This document shows, one piece after another, positions 9,178 through 18,871 of a DNA stretch of 64,000 nt. The first letter of the stretch is position 1; every line of letters starts with the position of its first letter. The position numbers and the translations under genes are program-made. The stretch is from Candidatus Pacearchaeota archaeon. GTDB taxonomy: Archaea; Nanobdellota; Nanobdellia; Pacearchaeales; GW2011-AR1. The notes under the pieces are model-generated. The model was not told the DNA's origin. It did not search any database and saw only the letters and a list, made by a program, of their open reading frames with translations. Where the stretch lies: contig JACOYJ010000026.1 in NCBI GenBank assembly GCA_016181885.1, positions 1,185-65,184 of the forward strand, given 5' to 3'.

Positions 9178-9746
9178 AGATAATAAAAAAATATCGTGAG
9201 CGCAGAATAAAAAGAATAAGCAAGCAAATACAAGATTTGAATACAGCTATTGCTAATTTAGAGAAGGAGTATGATGGCAGATCATATTGCGAAGGGTTGT
9301 ATAATCAAGGATTTTCTAAAGGCGAAAACTCTGGAGATTATTTATTTTTACAAATGTCTGCGATAAATAAAAAGAATAAGTTAGAAGATGAATTAAAAGA
9401 ATTGGATTCCTCGTTAGGAACGGATGCAGCTCAACTGACAGATGATGAAATTAAAATAAATGACAGATATTATTTACAAAAAACTAAGGAGTTAGAATGG
9501 GATCTTAGAATTGGCTGTGCTGGGTATAGATTTTCTGGTTGTGGATATAACCTTCCAATTTTAGAACGAACTGGTGTCTTTAAAAGAAAATCCATTGAGT
9601 ATCTATCTCATAAGGCTGAGTACATTATGTTTTCTGGATGGCTTTTCTGTGGGTTAGTGGATTTAATTTGCGATGAAGCAAGACAACTTGCAAGAAGAAG
9701 AACAGATAGAAATTTAGAAAAATTAAAAAAAGGTGATAAAAAATGA
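9174..9746 (+). CDS. hypothetical coiled-coil/Cys-containing protein (NAD operon member)
   Basis: ATGA overlap at both ends; no family recognised. Confidence 0.4.
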   Translation: MKIIKKYRERRIKRISKQIQDLNTAIANLEKEYDGRSYCEGLYNQGFSKGENSGDYLFLQMSAINKKNKLEDELKELDSSLGTDAAQLTDDEIKINDRYYLQKTKELEWDLRIGCAGYRFSGCGYNLPILERTGVFKRKSIEYLSHKAEYIMFSGWLFCGLVDLICDEARQLARRRTDRNLEKLKKGDKK

Positions 9747-10366
9747 AAACAATATTCTGGAATGTAGACACTCAATACGATTTCATGAGAGCATATGGAA
9801 AACTTTATGTTCAGGGAGCTGAAAGCATCGAAGGAAATCTCGAGATATTGACAAAATTAGCTGAAAAAGAAAATATCCAAGTTGTAAACACTGCTGACTG
9901 GCACACAGAAAAAACTGAAGAGATTTCAAATAATCCAGATTTTATTAAAACTTTTCCAAGACACTGTATGAACGGAACTCCTGGCGCAGAATATGTTCCT
10001 GTAACAATTCCCCAAAAACCTTATAAAATTAGATGGTGGCAGAAAAGCTTTGATGAAAAAGAAGTTGCGAATTCAAGAAATATAATTCTTTACAAAGATA
10101 AATTTGATGTTTTCACAGGAACTCCGCATGCTGATTCTGTTTTAAGGATAATAAAACCTGAAAGAGCAATAGTTTATGGCGTCGCGACAAATGTATGTGT
10201 TGATTGCGCTGTTACTGGGCTGCTTGAAAGAAAAGTAGAGGTTTACGTTCCGTTAGATGCTATTAAGGAACTTCCAAACCTGCCGCTTCATGAAGTTTTA
10301 GACAGATGGAAGGGCATGGGAGCGAAACTAATTAAAACCTCTGAAGTTGAAAAGTATATAGCATGA
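9743..10366 (+). CDS. pncA: isochorismatase-family cysteine hydrolase, likely nicotinamidase
   Basis: Isochorismatase-like fold signatures (FWNVDTQYDF; VYGVATNVCVDCAV catalytic Cys). Lies between NAPRTase and NadE. Confidence 0.6.
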   Translation: MKTIFWNVDTQYDFMRAYGKLYVQGAESIEGNLEILTKLAEKENIQVVNTADWHTEKTEEISNNPDFIKTFPRHCMNGTPGAEYVPVTIPQKPYKIRWWQKSFDEKEVANSRNIILYKDKFDVFTGTPHADSVLRIIKPERAIVYGVATNVCVDCAVTGLLERKVEVYVPLDAIKELPNLPLHEVLDRWKGMGAKLIKTSEVEKYIA

Positions 10367-12003
10367 AAATAGCAATAGCCCAGATAACAACTTACCCTGG
10401 AGCAATAAAAGAAAACACAAAAAAAATAATCTCCTTTATAGACGAGGCTAGAAAGAAAAAAGCAGAGCTTGTAATTTTTCCAGAGCTGGCTATTCCCGGA
10501 TATCTATCTATGGATTTAATCCTCAACGAAAAATTTGTTGAGACAAATTTAGAAGCGCTTGATGAGATAGTTAAAGCCAGCAAGAGAATTTCAGTTATTG
10601 TTGGGTTTATTGATAAAGACAAAGAAAAAATCAGGCCTGATGGATTAAAAGTTAGGTATAATTCAGCTGCAATAATTACTGATGGAAAACTTGTTGGAGT
10701 TCAGGATAAAACTCTCCTCCCGGATTATGATGTATTTTACGAGAATAGATACTTTGCTCCAGCAAGAAAAAGAGAAGTATTCAAAATTAATGGAATGAAA
10801 ATAGGAATTGAAATCTGCGAAGATATGTGGGACGAAAACTATAACATAAATGTTTCAGACGACCTTTGCTCTAACGGGGCTGATTTGCTTATAGATATTT
10901 CAGCCTCCCCGTTTTATTTAGGCAAGAGGTTTGTTAGAGAGTTGATAATTAAAAGAATTATAAAAAGGCATAAGATGCCGTTTGTATATGCGAATCTTGT
11001 CGGAGTTCAGGACGGATATGAGGGCGAGCTCGTTTTCGACGGGCAAAGCATGGTTTTTGATAACAATGGGAATTTAATAGCTTTAGGAAAAGAATTTGAA
11101 GAGGAGCTTTTGATGCTAGATTTAAATAACAAAAGAATGGGGGATTTGGGGTATGATGAAGTTAAAGAGCTTAACGATGCTTTAGTTTTTGGAATAAAAG
11201 AATATTTTGCAAGAAATAATTTCAAAAAAGCTTTTATTGGCTTAAGCGGAGGAATAGACAGCGCGGTTGTTGCTGCTTTGGCCGTTCAAGCCTTAGGCAA
11301 GGAAAATGTCATTGGGGTTTTTATGCCTTCTAGATTTTCAAGCAAAGAAAGCAGAAATGATGCAAATAAATTGGCTGATAATTTAGGAATCGGCTTCAAA
11401 ATTATTTCAATAGAGGAAAGCTTCAAAATTATTGAAGAAACGCTTAAAGATTCCTTCTCAGGAAAAAATAAAGATGTTACTGAAGAAAATGTGCAGGCGA
11501 GAATTCGCGGTCTGATTTTAATGGCATTTGCAAATAAGTTCGATGGCCTTGTTATAAGCACTGGAAATAAAACAGAAATGGCGCTTGGCTATTGCACTTT
11601 ATACGGAGATATGTGCGGCGGACTTTCCGCAATCAGCGATGTCAGCAAATTAGATGTTTATAAGATTGCGAATTATATTAATAAGAAAAATATGGGAGAA
11701 GTAATTCCGCGATCAAGCATTGAAAAAGCTCCCTCTGCCGAATTGGCTGAAAATCAAACTGATGAAAAGGGGCTGGGAGCAAGCTACGATATTCTTTCCC
11801 CTTTAGTTGATGATATTATTGAAAATCAAATGAGTCTTGAAGAACTTTCTAAGAAATATCCGGAAAATTTAGCAATTAGAATAATCAAAAAGATAAATGC
11901 CAGCGAGTACAAAAGGAGGCAGGCTGCTCCCGGAATAAAAGTTACCAAGAAGGCTTTTGGCGTCGGCAGGAGAATTCCGATAAGCCATAAATTTGAAGGA
12001 TGA
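10363..12003 (+). CDS. nadE: glutamine-dependent NAD+ synthetase (nitrilase domain + NadE domain)
   Basis: N-terminal CN-hydrolase domain (catalytic Cys in EICEDMW) and a C-terminal PP-loop (SGGIDS). Confidence 0.85.
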   Translation: MKIAIAQITTYPGAIKENTKKIISFIDEARKKKAELVIFPELAIPGYLSMDLILNEKFVETNLEALDEIVKASKRISVIVGFIDKDKEKIRPDGLKVRYNSAAIITDGKLVGVQDKTLLPDYDVFYENRYFAPARKREVFKINGMKIGIEICEDMWDENYNINVSDDLCSNGADLLIDISASPFYLGKRFVRELIIKRIIKRHKMPFVYANLVGVQDGYEGELVFDGQSMVFDNNGNLIALGKEFEEELLMLDLNNKRMGDLGYDEVKELNDALVFGIKEYFARNNFKKAFIGLSGGIDSAVVAALAVQALGKENVIGVFMPSRFSSKESRNDANKLADNLGIGFKIISIEESFKIIEETLKDSFSGKNKDVTEENVQARIRGLILMAFANKFDGLVISTGNKTEMALGYCTLYGDMCGGLSAISDVSKLDVYKIANYINKKNMGEVIPRSSIEKAPSAELAENQTDEKGLGASYDILSPLVDDIIENQMSLEELSKKYPENLAIRIIKKINASEYKRRQAAPGIKVTKKAFGVGRRIPISHKFEG

Positions 12004-13112
12004 AACTAGTGGATGGTGGGAAATACACTCTAAATGAAATTGAAGCCTCTTTGCTTGATAACCATAAATATCCTGCTCATCAAGTTGAAAGAATAATGCC
12101 TGTTCTTGAAGAGGTTGACAGATTAAGGGCAGAAAAGAATGCAATTATCCTTGCTCATTATTATCAAGAGCCGCCAATTCAGCTTATTGCGGATGTCCGC
12201 GGAGATTCGCTGAAGCTGGCTTACGCTGCAAGAGAAATAAAAGACAAAAGGCTTGTTCTAAGCTCTACTGTTTTATTTATGGCAGAGATGGTTAAGCTTT
12301 TAAGTGAGGATAAAAAAGTAATCATTCCCGCTTTAGATGCCGGCTGCTCAATTGCTGAGGGAATTAATGGCGCAACAGTTAAAAGAATTAGGGAAAATTT
12401 TCCGGAAAGCGCAATTGTTTCATATATTAATGTTTACGCAGATACAAAAGCAGAAGTTGACAGCGTCTGCACTTCTGCCAATGCGCAAGAGATTATAAAA
12501 AACATTAAAGGAAATCCAGTAATTTTGCTTCCTGATTACTTCTTTGCTAAGAATATATTTTATGAATTAACTAAAAATAAAAATAATGACAGAACATATT
12601 TGGCTTATAAGGGAGTTGATAACGGAAATATAATCCTCGAAGATGTCTTAAATAATAGAGCCACATCACTTTCAGGAAAAGGAATAAATCTTCCAAGCCT
12701 GCCTAAAGGAACCTGCATTGTTCACGAGCAATTTACGCCGGAAGAAATTGCTTATTTTAGAAGAAGCCAGAAAATTGATGTTGTAATGGCGCATCCAGAG
12801 GTAAATCCAGAAGTTGCGCGCGTTTCAGATTTTATTGGAGGAACTGAAGCCATGATAAGATATGCCAAAACAAATCCTAGTAAGAAATATTTAGTTATTA
12901 GCGAATGTGATTTAACTGCTCCATTGAAAGAAGCATGTCCAGAAACAGAATTTAACACGCCATGCACGTTCTGTCCGTATATGAAGCGAAATACCTTAGA
13001 GAGTTTCTTGCGTTCTATAAAGGAAGAGGTTTTTGAAGTTAATATTGATAAAAAAATAGCTGGTAAAGCTAGAATGTCTCTTGAAAGGATGTTTGAGTTA
13101 AGTGGAAAATGA
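12000..13112 (+). CDS. nadA: quinolinate synthase A
   Basis: ILAHYYQ, HPE and C...CPYM cysteine motifs typical of NadA; about 370 aa. Confidence 0.75.
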   Translation: MKLVDGGKYTLNEIEASLLDNHKYPAHQVERIMPVLEEVDRLRAEKNAIILAHYYQEPPIQLIADVRGDSLKLAYAAREIKDKRLVLSSTVLFMAEMVKLLSEDKKVIIPALDAGCSIAEGINGATVKRIRENFPESAIVSYINVYADTKAEVDSVCTSANAQEIIKNIKGNPVILLPDYFFAKNIFYELTKNKNNDRTYLAYKGVDNGNIILEDVLNNRATSLSGKGINLPSLPKGTCIVHEQFTPEEIAYFRRSQKIDVVMAHPEVNPEVARVSDFIGGTEAMIRYAKTNPSKKYLVISECDLTAPLKEACPETEFNTPCTFCPYMKRNTLESFLRSIKEEVFEVNIDKKIAGKARMSLERMFELSGK

Positions 13113-13681
13113 AAATAGGGATTTTTGGAGGCAGTTTTAATCCGATTCAAAATACGCATGCAAGAATAATTAAAGAAGTGTTAAAAAATAAATTGGTCAA
13201 TGAGGTTTGGATTGTTCCTTCCGGAAATCACCCTTTTGATAAAAAAATGGAAAGCGTTGAACATAGATTAAAAATGATTAATCTTGCAATAAAAGGGATA
13301 AAAAATGTCAAGGTTTGCGATATCGAAATAAATTCAAACGGAAAGAGCTATACTTATGACACGATTAAAAAGTTAAGGGAAAAATATCCCCACGAATTCT
13401 TATTAATTATAGGCTCAGATATTCTTAGGGATATAGAAAGATGGCATAAATATAAAGAATTGGTTAGAGAAGTTAAATTTATTATATTCCTGAGAGATGG
13501 CTATTCAATAAAATTGTCCGGGAATTTTAAAGATTCATATGTGATAGAGGAAAATCCAAACAATATTTCCTCATCAACCATAAGGAGACTAGCAAGTGAT
13601 GGGCATTCAATAAAAAATCTTGTTCCTAAGGAAGTTGAAGAATATATTAAACAAAAGGAATTATATAAAAATGAAAAATAA
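13109..13681 (+). CDS. nadD: nicotinate/nicotinamide-nucleotide adenylyltransferase, bacterial NadD type
   Basis: GIFGGSFNPIQNTHARI (NadD HxGH-type motif) and the downstream SxT motif region. Confidence 0.7.
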   Translation: MKIGIFGGSFNPIQNTHARIIKEVLKNKLVNEVWIVPSGNHPFDKKMESVEHRLKMINLAIKGIKNVKVCDIEINSNGKSYTYDTIKKLREKYPHEFLLIIGSDILRDIERWHKYKELVREVKFIIFLRDGYSIKLSGNFKDSYVIEENPNNISSSTIRRLASDGHSIKNLVPKEVEEYIKQKELYKNEK

Positions 13682-14078
13682 TTTAGGAAATACCGTCGAT
13701 GTAATAATTGAAGATAGAGAAGGCATTGTTTTAGTTAAGAGAAAAAATCCGCCTTTTCGCGGCTGCTGGGCTTTGCCGGGCGGATTCTTGGAGGTTGGAG
13801 AGGAAAGCCTTGAACAATGTGGAGCAAGAGAAACATTTGAGGAGACTGGATATATTGTCAAGGAAAGAAATCTGAAATTACTAGGAGTTTACTCTCACCC
13901 AAATCGCGATCCTCGGGGGCATATTATAGCCCATGTTTACATTGCTAAGGAATTTTATGGAAAATTAAAAGCCGGCGACGATGCCAAAGAAGTCGGAAAG
14001 TTTCCAAGGCATAATCTTCCAGGGCTTGCTTTTGACCATGCGAAAATATTAAAAGATTATTTTGCTGAATATGGATAA
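13671..14078 (+). CDS. NUDIX hydrolase
   Basis: Nudix box GGFLEVGEESLEQCGARETFEETGY. Start chosen at MKNNLG, overlapping the nadD stop. Confidence 0.7.
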   Translation: MKNNLGNTVDVIIEDREGIVLVKRKNPPFRGCWALPGGFLEVGEESLEQCGARETFEETGYIVKERNLKLLGVYSHPNRDPRGHIIAHVYIAKEFYGKLKAGDDAKEVGKFPRHNLPGLAFDHAKILKDYFAEYG

Positions 14079-14511
14079 AATGAAACAATTGAGAGTTGGA
14101 GTTGTTGGATATTGCCCTCCTTCGAGATTTGACGAAGGAGAAGCGAGAATAAGGATTAGAGAGGCTTATGATAAAATAATGGCAGATTTTCCAGATATAG
14201 AAATAATAATTGTCTCGGGATTAACTAACGCTGGTGTTCTTAAATTAGCATATGAAGAGGCTAAAATAAGAAATTGGAAAACTGCCGGAGTTGCCTGTAA
14301 AAAGGCATATAATCTTAGAGATAATTGGTTTCCAGTCGATGAATCGCCAATTGTTATTGGAGAAAACTGGGGGGACGAGAGTCCCGCTTTTTTAAGAAAT
14401 ATAGAAGCTCTTGTAAGGGTTGGCGGAGGCAAACAATCTTTTCGGGAAGCTGAAGAAATGAAAAATAGGAAAGCTTATGTAATTGAATATGATTTGCCTA
14501 TTTTAGGGTAA
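14062..14511 (+). CDS. YpsA/SLOG-like (DUF1273-like) Rossmann-fold protein
   Basis: VVGY..., SGLTNAGV, and GGGKQS..E......KAYVIEYD follow the YpsA/SLOG pattern (GGQLGxD ... GGSKYTVDYAVKKGKTVYVI). The start could instead be 14071 or 14080. Confidence 0.45.
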   Translation: MLNMDKMKQLRVGVVGYCPPSRFDEGEARIRIREAYDKIMADFPDIEIIIVSGLTNAGVLKLAYEEAKIRNWKTAGVACKKAYNLRDNWFPVDESPIVIGENWGDESPAFLRNIEALVRVGGGKQSFREAEEMKNRKAYVIEYDLPILG

Positions 14512-14517
14512 TATAAA

Positions 14518-15291
14518 ATGTTCAAAAAAATTCTTGTTATTTGCAGAGGCAATATTCTTAGAGAGGGCTCAAAAACCATTTATTGCATAAAATCATTTCT
14601 TCATGGAAAGAGATTCAGAGTTGTCGGCGCAGGAAGCCTTAATAAAAATATTTTTTCTGGAGTGGATTTGGTGATAACCCTCGGGGGAGATGGGACTTTT
14701 TTGAGGGCTGCTAGTTTTGTGAAAAATCAGTTAATCTTAGGAATTAACTCAAATCCAAAGGCAAGCGAAGGCGCCTTAACCAGCTTTAATGCAGATGCAG
14801 TTTATTTAGTTAAAGAAATTTTAGGCGGAAAATTCAAGATATTAATCAGACAAAGAATAAGTGTCTGGAAAAATGGAAAATTATTGGATAAACCAGCATT
14901 GAACGAAGCATATATCGGATCAAGAAGCCAGTTCCATACATCAAGATACAAGATTTACTTTAATGGCAAATGCGAGGAGCATAGAAGCTCCGGCGTTTTA
15001 ATTTCTACTGGAACAGGTTCAACAGCATGGTATTCTTCTGCAGGCGGAAGGCCTTTCCATTATGCTGATAAAAAGCTTAAGTTTATTGTCAGGGAGCCAT
15101 TTTTCGGAAAGTTATTTAGGCCAATAATCTTGCATGGTGAAATTAACAGCGGACAGAAAATAAAAATAGAGTCAACAGGAAAGCTCGGCTCTATAGTCTT
15201 GGATTCAAATGCTTCTTTTAGTTTTGAAACCGGAGATGTAGTTGAAGTCGGGATTTCTGATGAACCATTAAGAGTAATTACAAATAACTAG
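14518..15291 (+). CDS. nadK: NAD kinase
   Basis: GGDGTFL motif and NE/D region. Confidence 0.75.
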   Translation: MFKKILVICRGNILREGSKTIYCIKSFLHGKRFRVVGAGSLNKNIFSGVDLVITLGGDGTFLRAASFVKNQLILGINSNPKASEGALTSFNADAVYLVKEILGGKFKILIRQRISVWKNGKLLDKPALNEAYIGSRSQFHTSRYKIYFNGKCEEHRSSGVLISTGTGSTAWYSSAGGRPFHYADKKLKFIVREPFFGKLFRPIILHGEINSGQKIKIESTGKLGSIVLDSNASFSFETGDVVEVGISDEPLRVITNN

Positions 15292-16787
15292 GAAATCTTG
15301 GACTTCTCTCCAACAAGAATCATATTAGTATCCGGATAATCTATGGCAATTAACCCATTTCCTTTCTCTTTACATAATTTAACCTTTCCTCCATACATCT
15401 TCTCGACAATATACTTGCTTTTAAACGAATGCGAACCAGCGACAATATCAAAGCCGGCCTTGTTTAGCTCTTCCCTCCATTCTTCAAAGCTCCAAAATCC
15501 AAATTCTTCGTGCATTTCGCTCTGCCAGTTATCCGCATAATTCATTTTGCTGATAAATTCGTAAGCATCGCGCATAGAAATCTCGATAAATCTTTTCCCA
15601 TCAAGATATTTTTCCCTGAATTTTATCTTTCTTGGAATAAAATCATTAACAAATTTGTGAAATTTTGCATATGTTGAAAGGGTTTTAATTTCTCCTTTTT
15701 GCTTCCCATCGTTTTCAGTTAATTCCATTAATATCTTTTCTTTTCCATTTTTGGGTCCGACAACATCCCTTATAATTATTCTCCCACCAGAAGCAAGCTG
15801 ATTATAAGTATTTTTCAAAACTCTTGTTAAGGCGGACTTATTTATATAGGAATAGATTTCATGCAGAACAGAAGAATAAATGAAAGTATTTATTGTATTT
15901 TCTTTAAAGTTCTGGTCAAGAACATTTCTTCTATAAAAATAGACAAATGGATTGGGGTATTCTTGCAATTTGCAATACTCATAAAATCTTCTTGTGGCTT
16001 CTATTCCAATTACATCAGACTCTTCAAAACATTTTGACAAGTGCCAAACCAAAGCTCCTGTCCCGCAGCCGGCATCAACTATTTTTCCCTGAACTACAAA
16101 TGGCTTTATGTCCCTGAACTTGAATTCAATGTTTTGGTCCATGCTTTTCGCGTAAGAATTGTAATCTCTCGTGTCTGTCAAATCAGCATCCTCATTTAGC
16201 AATGAGTCGCTAAATAATTCAATTATCCTATCCCCTAGGCTGTATTCAGCATAAACTTCTTGGGTTGCTCTGGATGCGTATTCTTTCCATTTACTGTTTT
16301 TTCTCCAATTATTCCCGGCTTTAACCAACAAATCAATAACTTCATATGGCCTAAATGAAGAATATTTATCTTTTTTTACATTGATTAATTCAACAGGCAG
16401 ATTTTTGAATCCTAACTTTTTAAATAAACTTATGACTGAAGGGGTAGAACAAGCTAGAACAGCATTCGTTGAATTGAGCTTTTCTTCGCTTAAATACTCT
16501 ATTTGATGGATAATATATTCTGCAAATTTATTGGTTTGTTTAACATCCGGGATAGGATAAATCTTAACTTCGCAAGGCAAGTCCCTTGAAAATTTTTCTA
16601 TCGCCAATACCCTAAGATAAAGCGGAACAGGATTCCTCCTGGTATTGGCATGATCCGCCGACGTTATTGCAAAAATAATCCTATCAACTTTTTCTCCATT
16701 AAGCCCGGCATCAATAACTTTTTGCAAATAATTGTGTTGATATTCAGTGAGCATATGATGCCTGCCCGGGAATAATATTGCAACCAT
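15288..16787 (-). CDS. fusion protein: divergent NadM-like NMN adenylyltransferase domain + class I SAM-dependent methyltransferase domain
   Basis: N-terminal region resembles archaeal NMNAT (…GRHHMLTEYQH ~ GRFQPFHKGH; AITSADHANTRRNPVP ~ GIGSAQKSHTLENPF; IYPIPDV ~ YYPIPIKDI), but the first His of HxGH is lost. A later segment carries MTase motif I (VVQGKIVDAGCGTGALV). Confidence 0.55.
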   Translation of the reverse strand: MVAILFPGRHHMLTEYQHNYLQKVIDAGLNGEKVDRIIFAITSADHANTRRNPVPLYLRVLAIEKFSRDLPCEVKIYPIPDVKQTNKFAEYIIHQIEYLSEEKLNSTNAVLACSTPSVISLFKKLGFKNLPVELINVKKDKYSSFRPYEVIDLLVKAGNNWRKNSKWKEYASRATQEVYAEYSLGDRIIELFSDSLLNEDADLTDTRDYNSYAKSMDQNIEFKFRDIKPFVVQGKIVDAGCGTGALVWHLSKCFEESDVIGIEATRRFYEYCKLQEYPNPFVYFYRRNVLDQNFKENTINTFIYSSVLHEIYSYINKSALTRVLKNTYNQLASGGRIIIRDVVGPKNGKEKILMELTENDGKQKGEIKTLSTYAKFHKFVNDFIPRKIKFREKYLDGKRFIEISMRDAYEFISKMNYADNWQSEMHEEFGFWSFEEWREELNKAGFDIVAGSHSFKSKYIVEKMYGGKVKLCKEKGNGLIAIDYPDTNMILVGEKSKIS

Positions 16788-16840
16788 AATTACTATAAAA
16801 TCTAAATCTTTAAATAACTTATTGTCTTACGAACATTAAG

Positions 16841-17497
16841 ATGAAATACACCAAGTTAAGCGTTACTGTCGATGTAGCTATTTTCACAATACAAGATAAT
16901 GACTTGAAAGTCCTGCTTATAAAAAGAAATTTAGAACCATTTAGGGGATTCTGGGCTTTGCCAGGCGGATTTGTCAGAGATAAAGAAAATCTCGATGAAG
17001 CGGCAAAAAGAGAGCTTGAAGAAGAAACGGGAGTTAAGAATGTTTATCTTGAGCAATTATACAGTTTTGGAGAAGTTGGAAGAGATCCAAGAGGAAAAAT
17101 AATTACCATAGCATATATGGCTTTAGTTAATTATGACAGGGTAAATGTTAAAGCTACTACGGACGCTTCAGACGCTCAATGGTTCCCAGTGTCTAAATTG
17201 CCTAAACTTGCATTTGACCACGATAAAATTCTAAGTTATGCCTTGAAGAGACTAAGATGGAAATTTGAATATACTGCTGTTGCCTTCTCATTACTGCCGA
17301 GAAAATTTGCAATAAGTGAAATACAAAGAATTTATGAGATTGTTTTTAATAAGGGTTTTGACAAGAGAAACTTTGCCAAAAAGATACTATCGCTGAACAT
17401 CATCCGGGAAGAGGGTGTAAAGAGGGATGTTTCGCATAGACCCCCAATGCTTTATTCCCTGAAAAAGGACATAGGGCAGATAATTGAGATTTTGTAG
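16841..17497 (+). CDS. nrtR: NrtR-like regulator: Nudix domain + C-terminal winged-helix domain
   Basis: Intact Nudix box (GGFVRDKENLDEAAKRELEEETGV). C-terminal ~90 aa resembles the NrtR wHTH (…RKFAISEIQRIYEIVFNKGFDKRNFAKKIL…). Confidence 0.55.
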   Translation: MKYTKLSVTVDVAIFTIQDNDLKVLLIKRNLEPFRGFWALPGGFVRDKENLDEAAKRELEEETGVKNVYLEQLYSFGEVGRDPRGKIITIAYMALVNYDRVNVKATTDASDAQWFPVSKLPKLAFDHDKILSYALKRLRWKFEYTAVAFSLLPRKFAISEIQRIYEIVFNKGFDKRNFAKKILSLNIIREEGVKRDVSHRPPMLYSLKKDIGQIIEIL

Positions 17498-17707
17498 TTA
17501 TCTTTTATGTTTTTTTCTAAGAAATTTAAGTAAAAAATAACTAATTGTCACAAGAATTATAAAAAATAGGTAAGAAGTAAATATTGGCGTTGATTCTGCA
17601 ATCACGGTCAATTTAAAATTGAAAATCGCCCTTAGAAGATGAATAATTGCAATTAAAGTTGTGAGCGCCCAGAGAAACCATAGAAAAATTCTTCCTCTTT
17701 TTATCAT
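17498..17707 (-). CDS. small 2-TM membrane protein
   Basis: Hydrophobicity only. Confidence 0.3.
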   Translation of the reverse strand: MIKRGRIFLWFLWALTTLIAIIHLLRAIFNFKLTVIAESTPIFTSYLFFIILVTISYFLLKFLRKKHKR

Positions 17708-17739
17708 AAATAATTAAAGAAGTTTGAATATAAAAATCT

Positions 17740-18108
17740 TTACTCGTTAGCGCAGAGCCTGCACTTTGGAGAAATGCTCAAGTCATGCTTTTTGTGTATT
17801 CTGCATACAACGTCTGTTCCCCTAAATAATACCGAAAGCTTGTAAAGGTAATCCATGGCTTTTTTTGGATCTCTAGAAATTTTATCAGCCATTTTTTCTA
17901 TTTCTATTAATTCTTTCTTGGAGAAAATCATCTCTTTGCCTCTCTTGGAATTTAGATATTGAGATATTGCTGGTTCTGTTATCCCGAGAACTTTAGCAGC
18001 TTCTTTTTGGCTTAATCTATTTTTATTTATCAAAGTTTTAGCAATCTCTCTTCTCAAAGCCGGCAGAAGATACCAAACTTCAATTTCCTGAGGCATTATC
18101 TTTTTCAT
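17740..18108 (-). CDS. HTH transcriptional regulator with C-terminal CxxC...CxxC zinc motif
   Basis: LSQKEAAKVLGITEPAISQYL helix-turn-helix; C-terminal CRIH...CRLC. Confidence 0.5.
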   Translation of the reverse strand: MKKIMPQEIEVWYLLPALRREIAKTLINKNRLSQKEAAKVLGITEPAISQYLNSKRGKEMIFSKKELIEIEKMADKISRDPKKAMDYLYKLSVLFRGTDVVCRIHKKHDLSISPKCRLCANE

Positions 18109-18138
18109 AAATACCCCATGAAAAAATAGTATATAAGC

Positions 18139-18525
18139 TTATTGACTTGTTTTGCTGAATTTTTTATCCAGGCAATATTGATCTGCTCCGTTTAAAAAAA
18201 TTGCGAAAGTCGCTGTTGCTAATCCAAAATCTCTCACTCCTGTTGGGTCTATTCCCATGAAGAAGGCTATTCCGAACAAGTGCAGTGAAAGTATCAATGC
18301 CGAAAGCCTTACACGTATTCCAAACAACAAAAACAATCCCAAGGTTAATTCAAGAATTGCATTACCTGTAACCAATGTCTTTGCAGCAATTCCCATTGAA
18401 ATCAAGAAGCCTGGAACAAAACTGTCCCAACTCTCTGGAGAGGTTATCTGCTGAAAGCCAAACCATAGGAAAACTAAGCTTAAAGATATTCTTAAAATTG
18501 GCTTAGAGTATTTTTCTATATTCAT
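18139..18525 (-). CDS. DoxX-family membrane protein
   Basis: LVFLWFGFQQI motif; 4 TM helices. Confidence 0.5.
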   Translation of the reverse strand: MNIEKYSKPILRISLSLVFLWFGFQQITSPESWDSFVPGFLISMGIAAKTLVTGNAILELTLGLFLLFGIRVRLSALILSLHLFGIAFFMGIDPTGVRDFGLATATFAIFLNGADQYCLDKKFSKTSQ

Positions 18526-18654
18526 TTTTAATCATGAAAACCGATAACCCAATAACAAAGACAAAAAGCAAATGAGGGCAATAATTTATCATTCATGAAC
18601 TATTGTGGCTTTTTAAGTTTATAAAAATTGCTCATCCAATGAAATGTTAAAATA

Positions 18655-18830
18655 TGTAAAGTAAACCCTCAATCTTGGCATAAAAAATTACTCACTCCTA
18701 TCGTCGTGTATTTTATTATTAACATTAATGGCAAATCTGCGAATGAAATGAGCAGGTAATTATATTTATTCTTTGCAGATTATTTAAGGAATTAAACTGC
18801 AGAATGTTAAGTTATGAACTGGCTTAACAA
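18655..18830 (+). repeat. interspersed noncoding repeat family 1, copy A (core ~176 bp)
   Basis: More than 85% identity to copies at 44051-44226 and 60665-60906 on this strand, and to reverse-complement copies at 38773-38947 and 29263-29642. Internal hairpins (aatctgcgaat/attctttgcagatt; gttaagt/acttaac). Ends about 41 nt before the sufB ATG. Confidence 0.8.
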
Positions 18831-18871
18831 AATGCAAAAACTTTTATACCCTTCTTAACTATCGTTAAGTT

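Noticed and set aside
10392-12144. Minus-strand ORFs inside nadE/nadA (10392-10622, 11007-11225, 11286-11561, 11869-12144)
   Set aside because: They lie antisense to conserved enzyme genes and have no independent support.
18813-18857. A 14-codon uORF (MNWLNKMQKLLYPS) starting at the gttaagttATG inside repeat copy A; a similar 4-codon ORF occurs in copy D
   Set aside because: It is not conserved between copies: E lacks the ATG and D stops after 4 codons. The ATG is a feature of the repeat sequence, not a gene.
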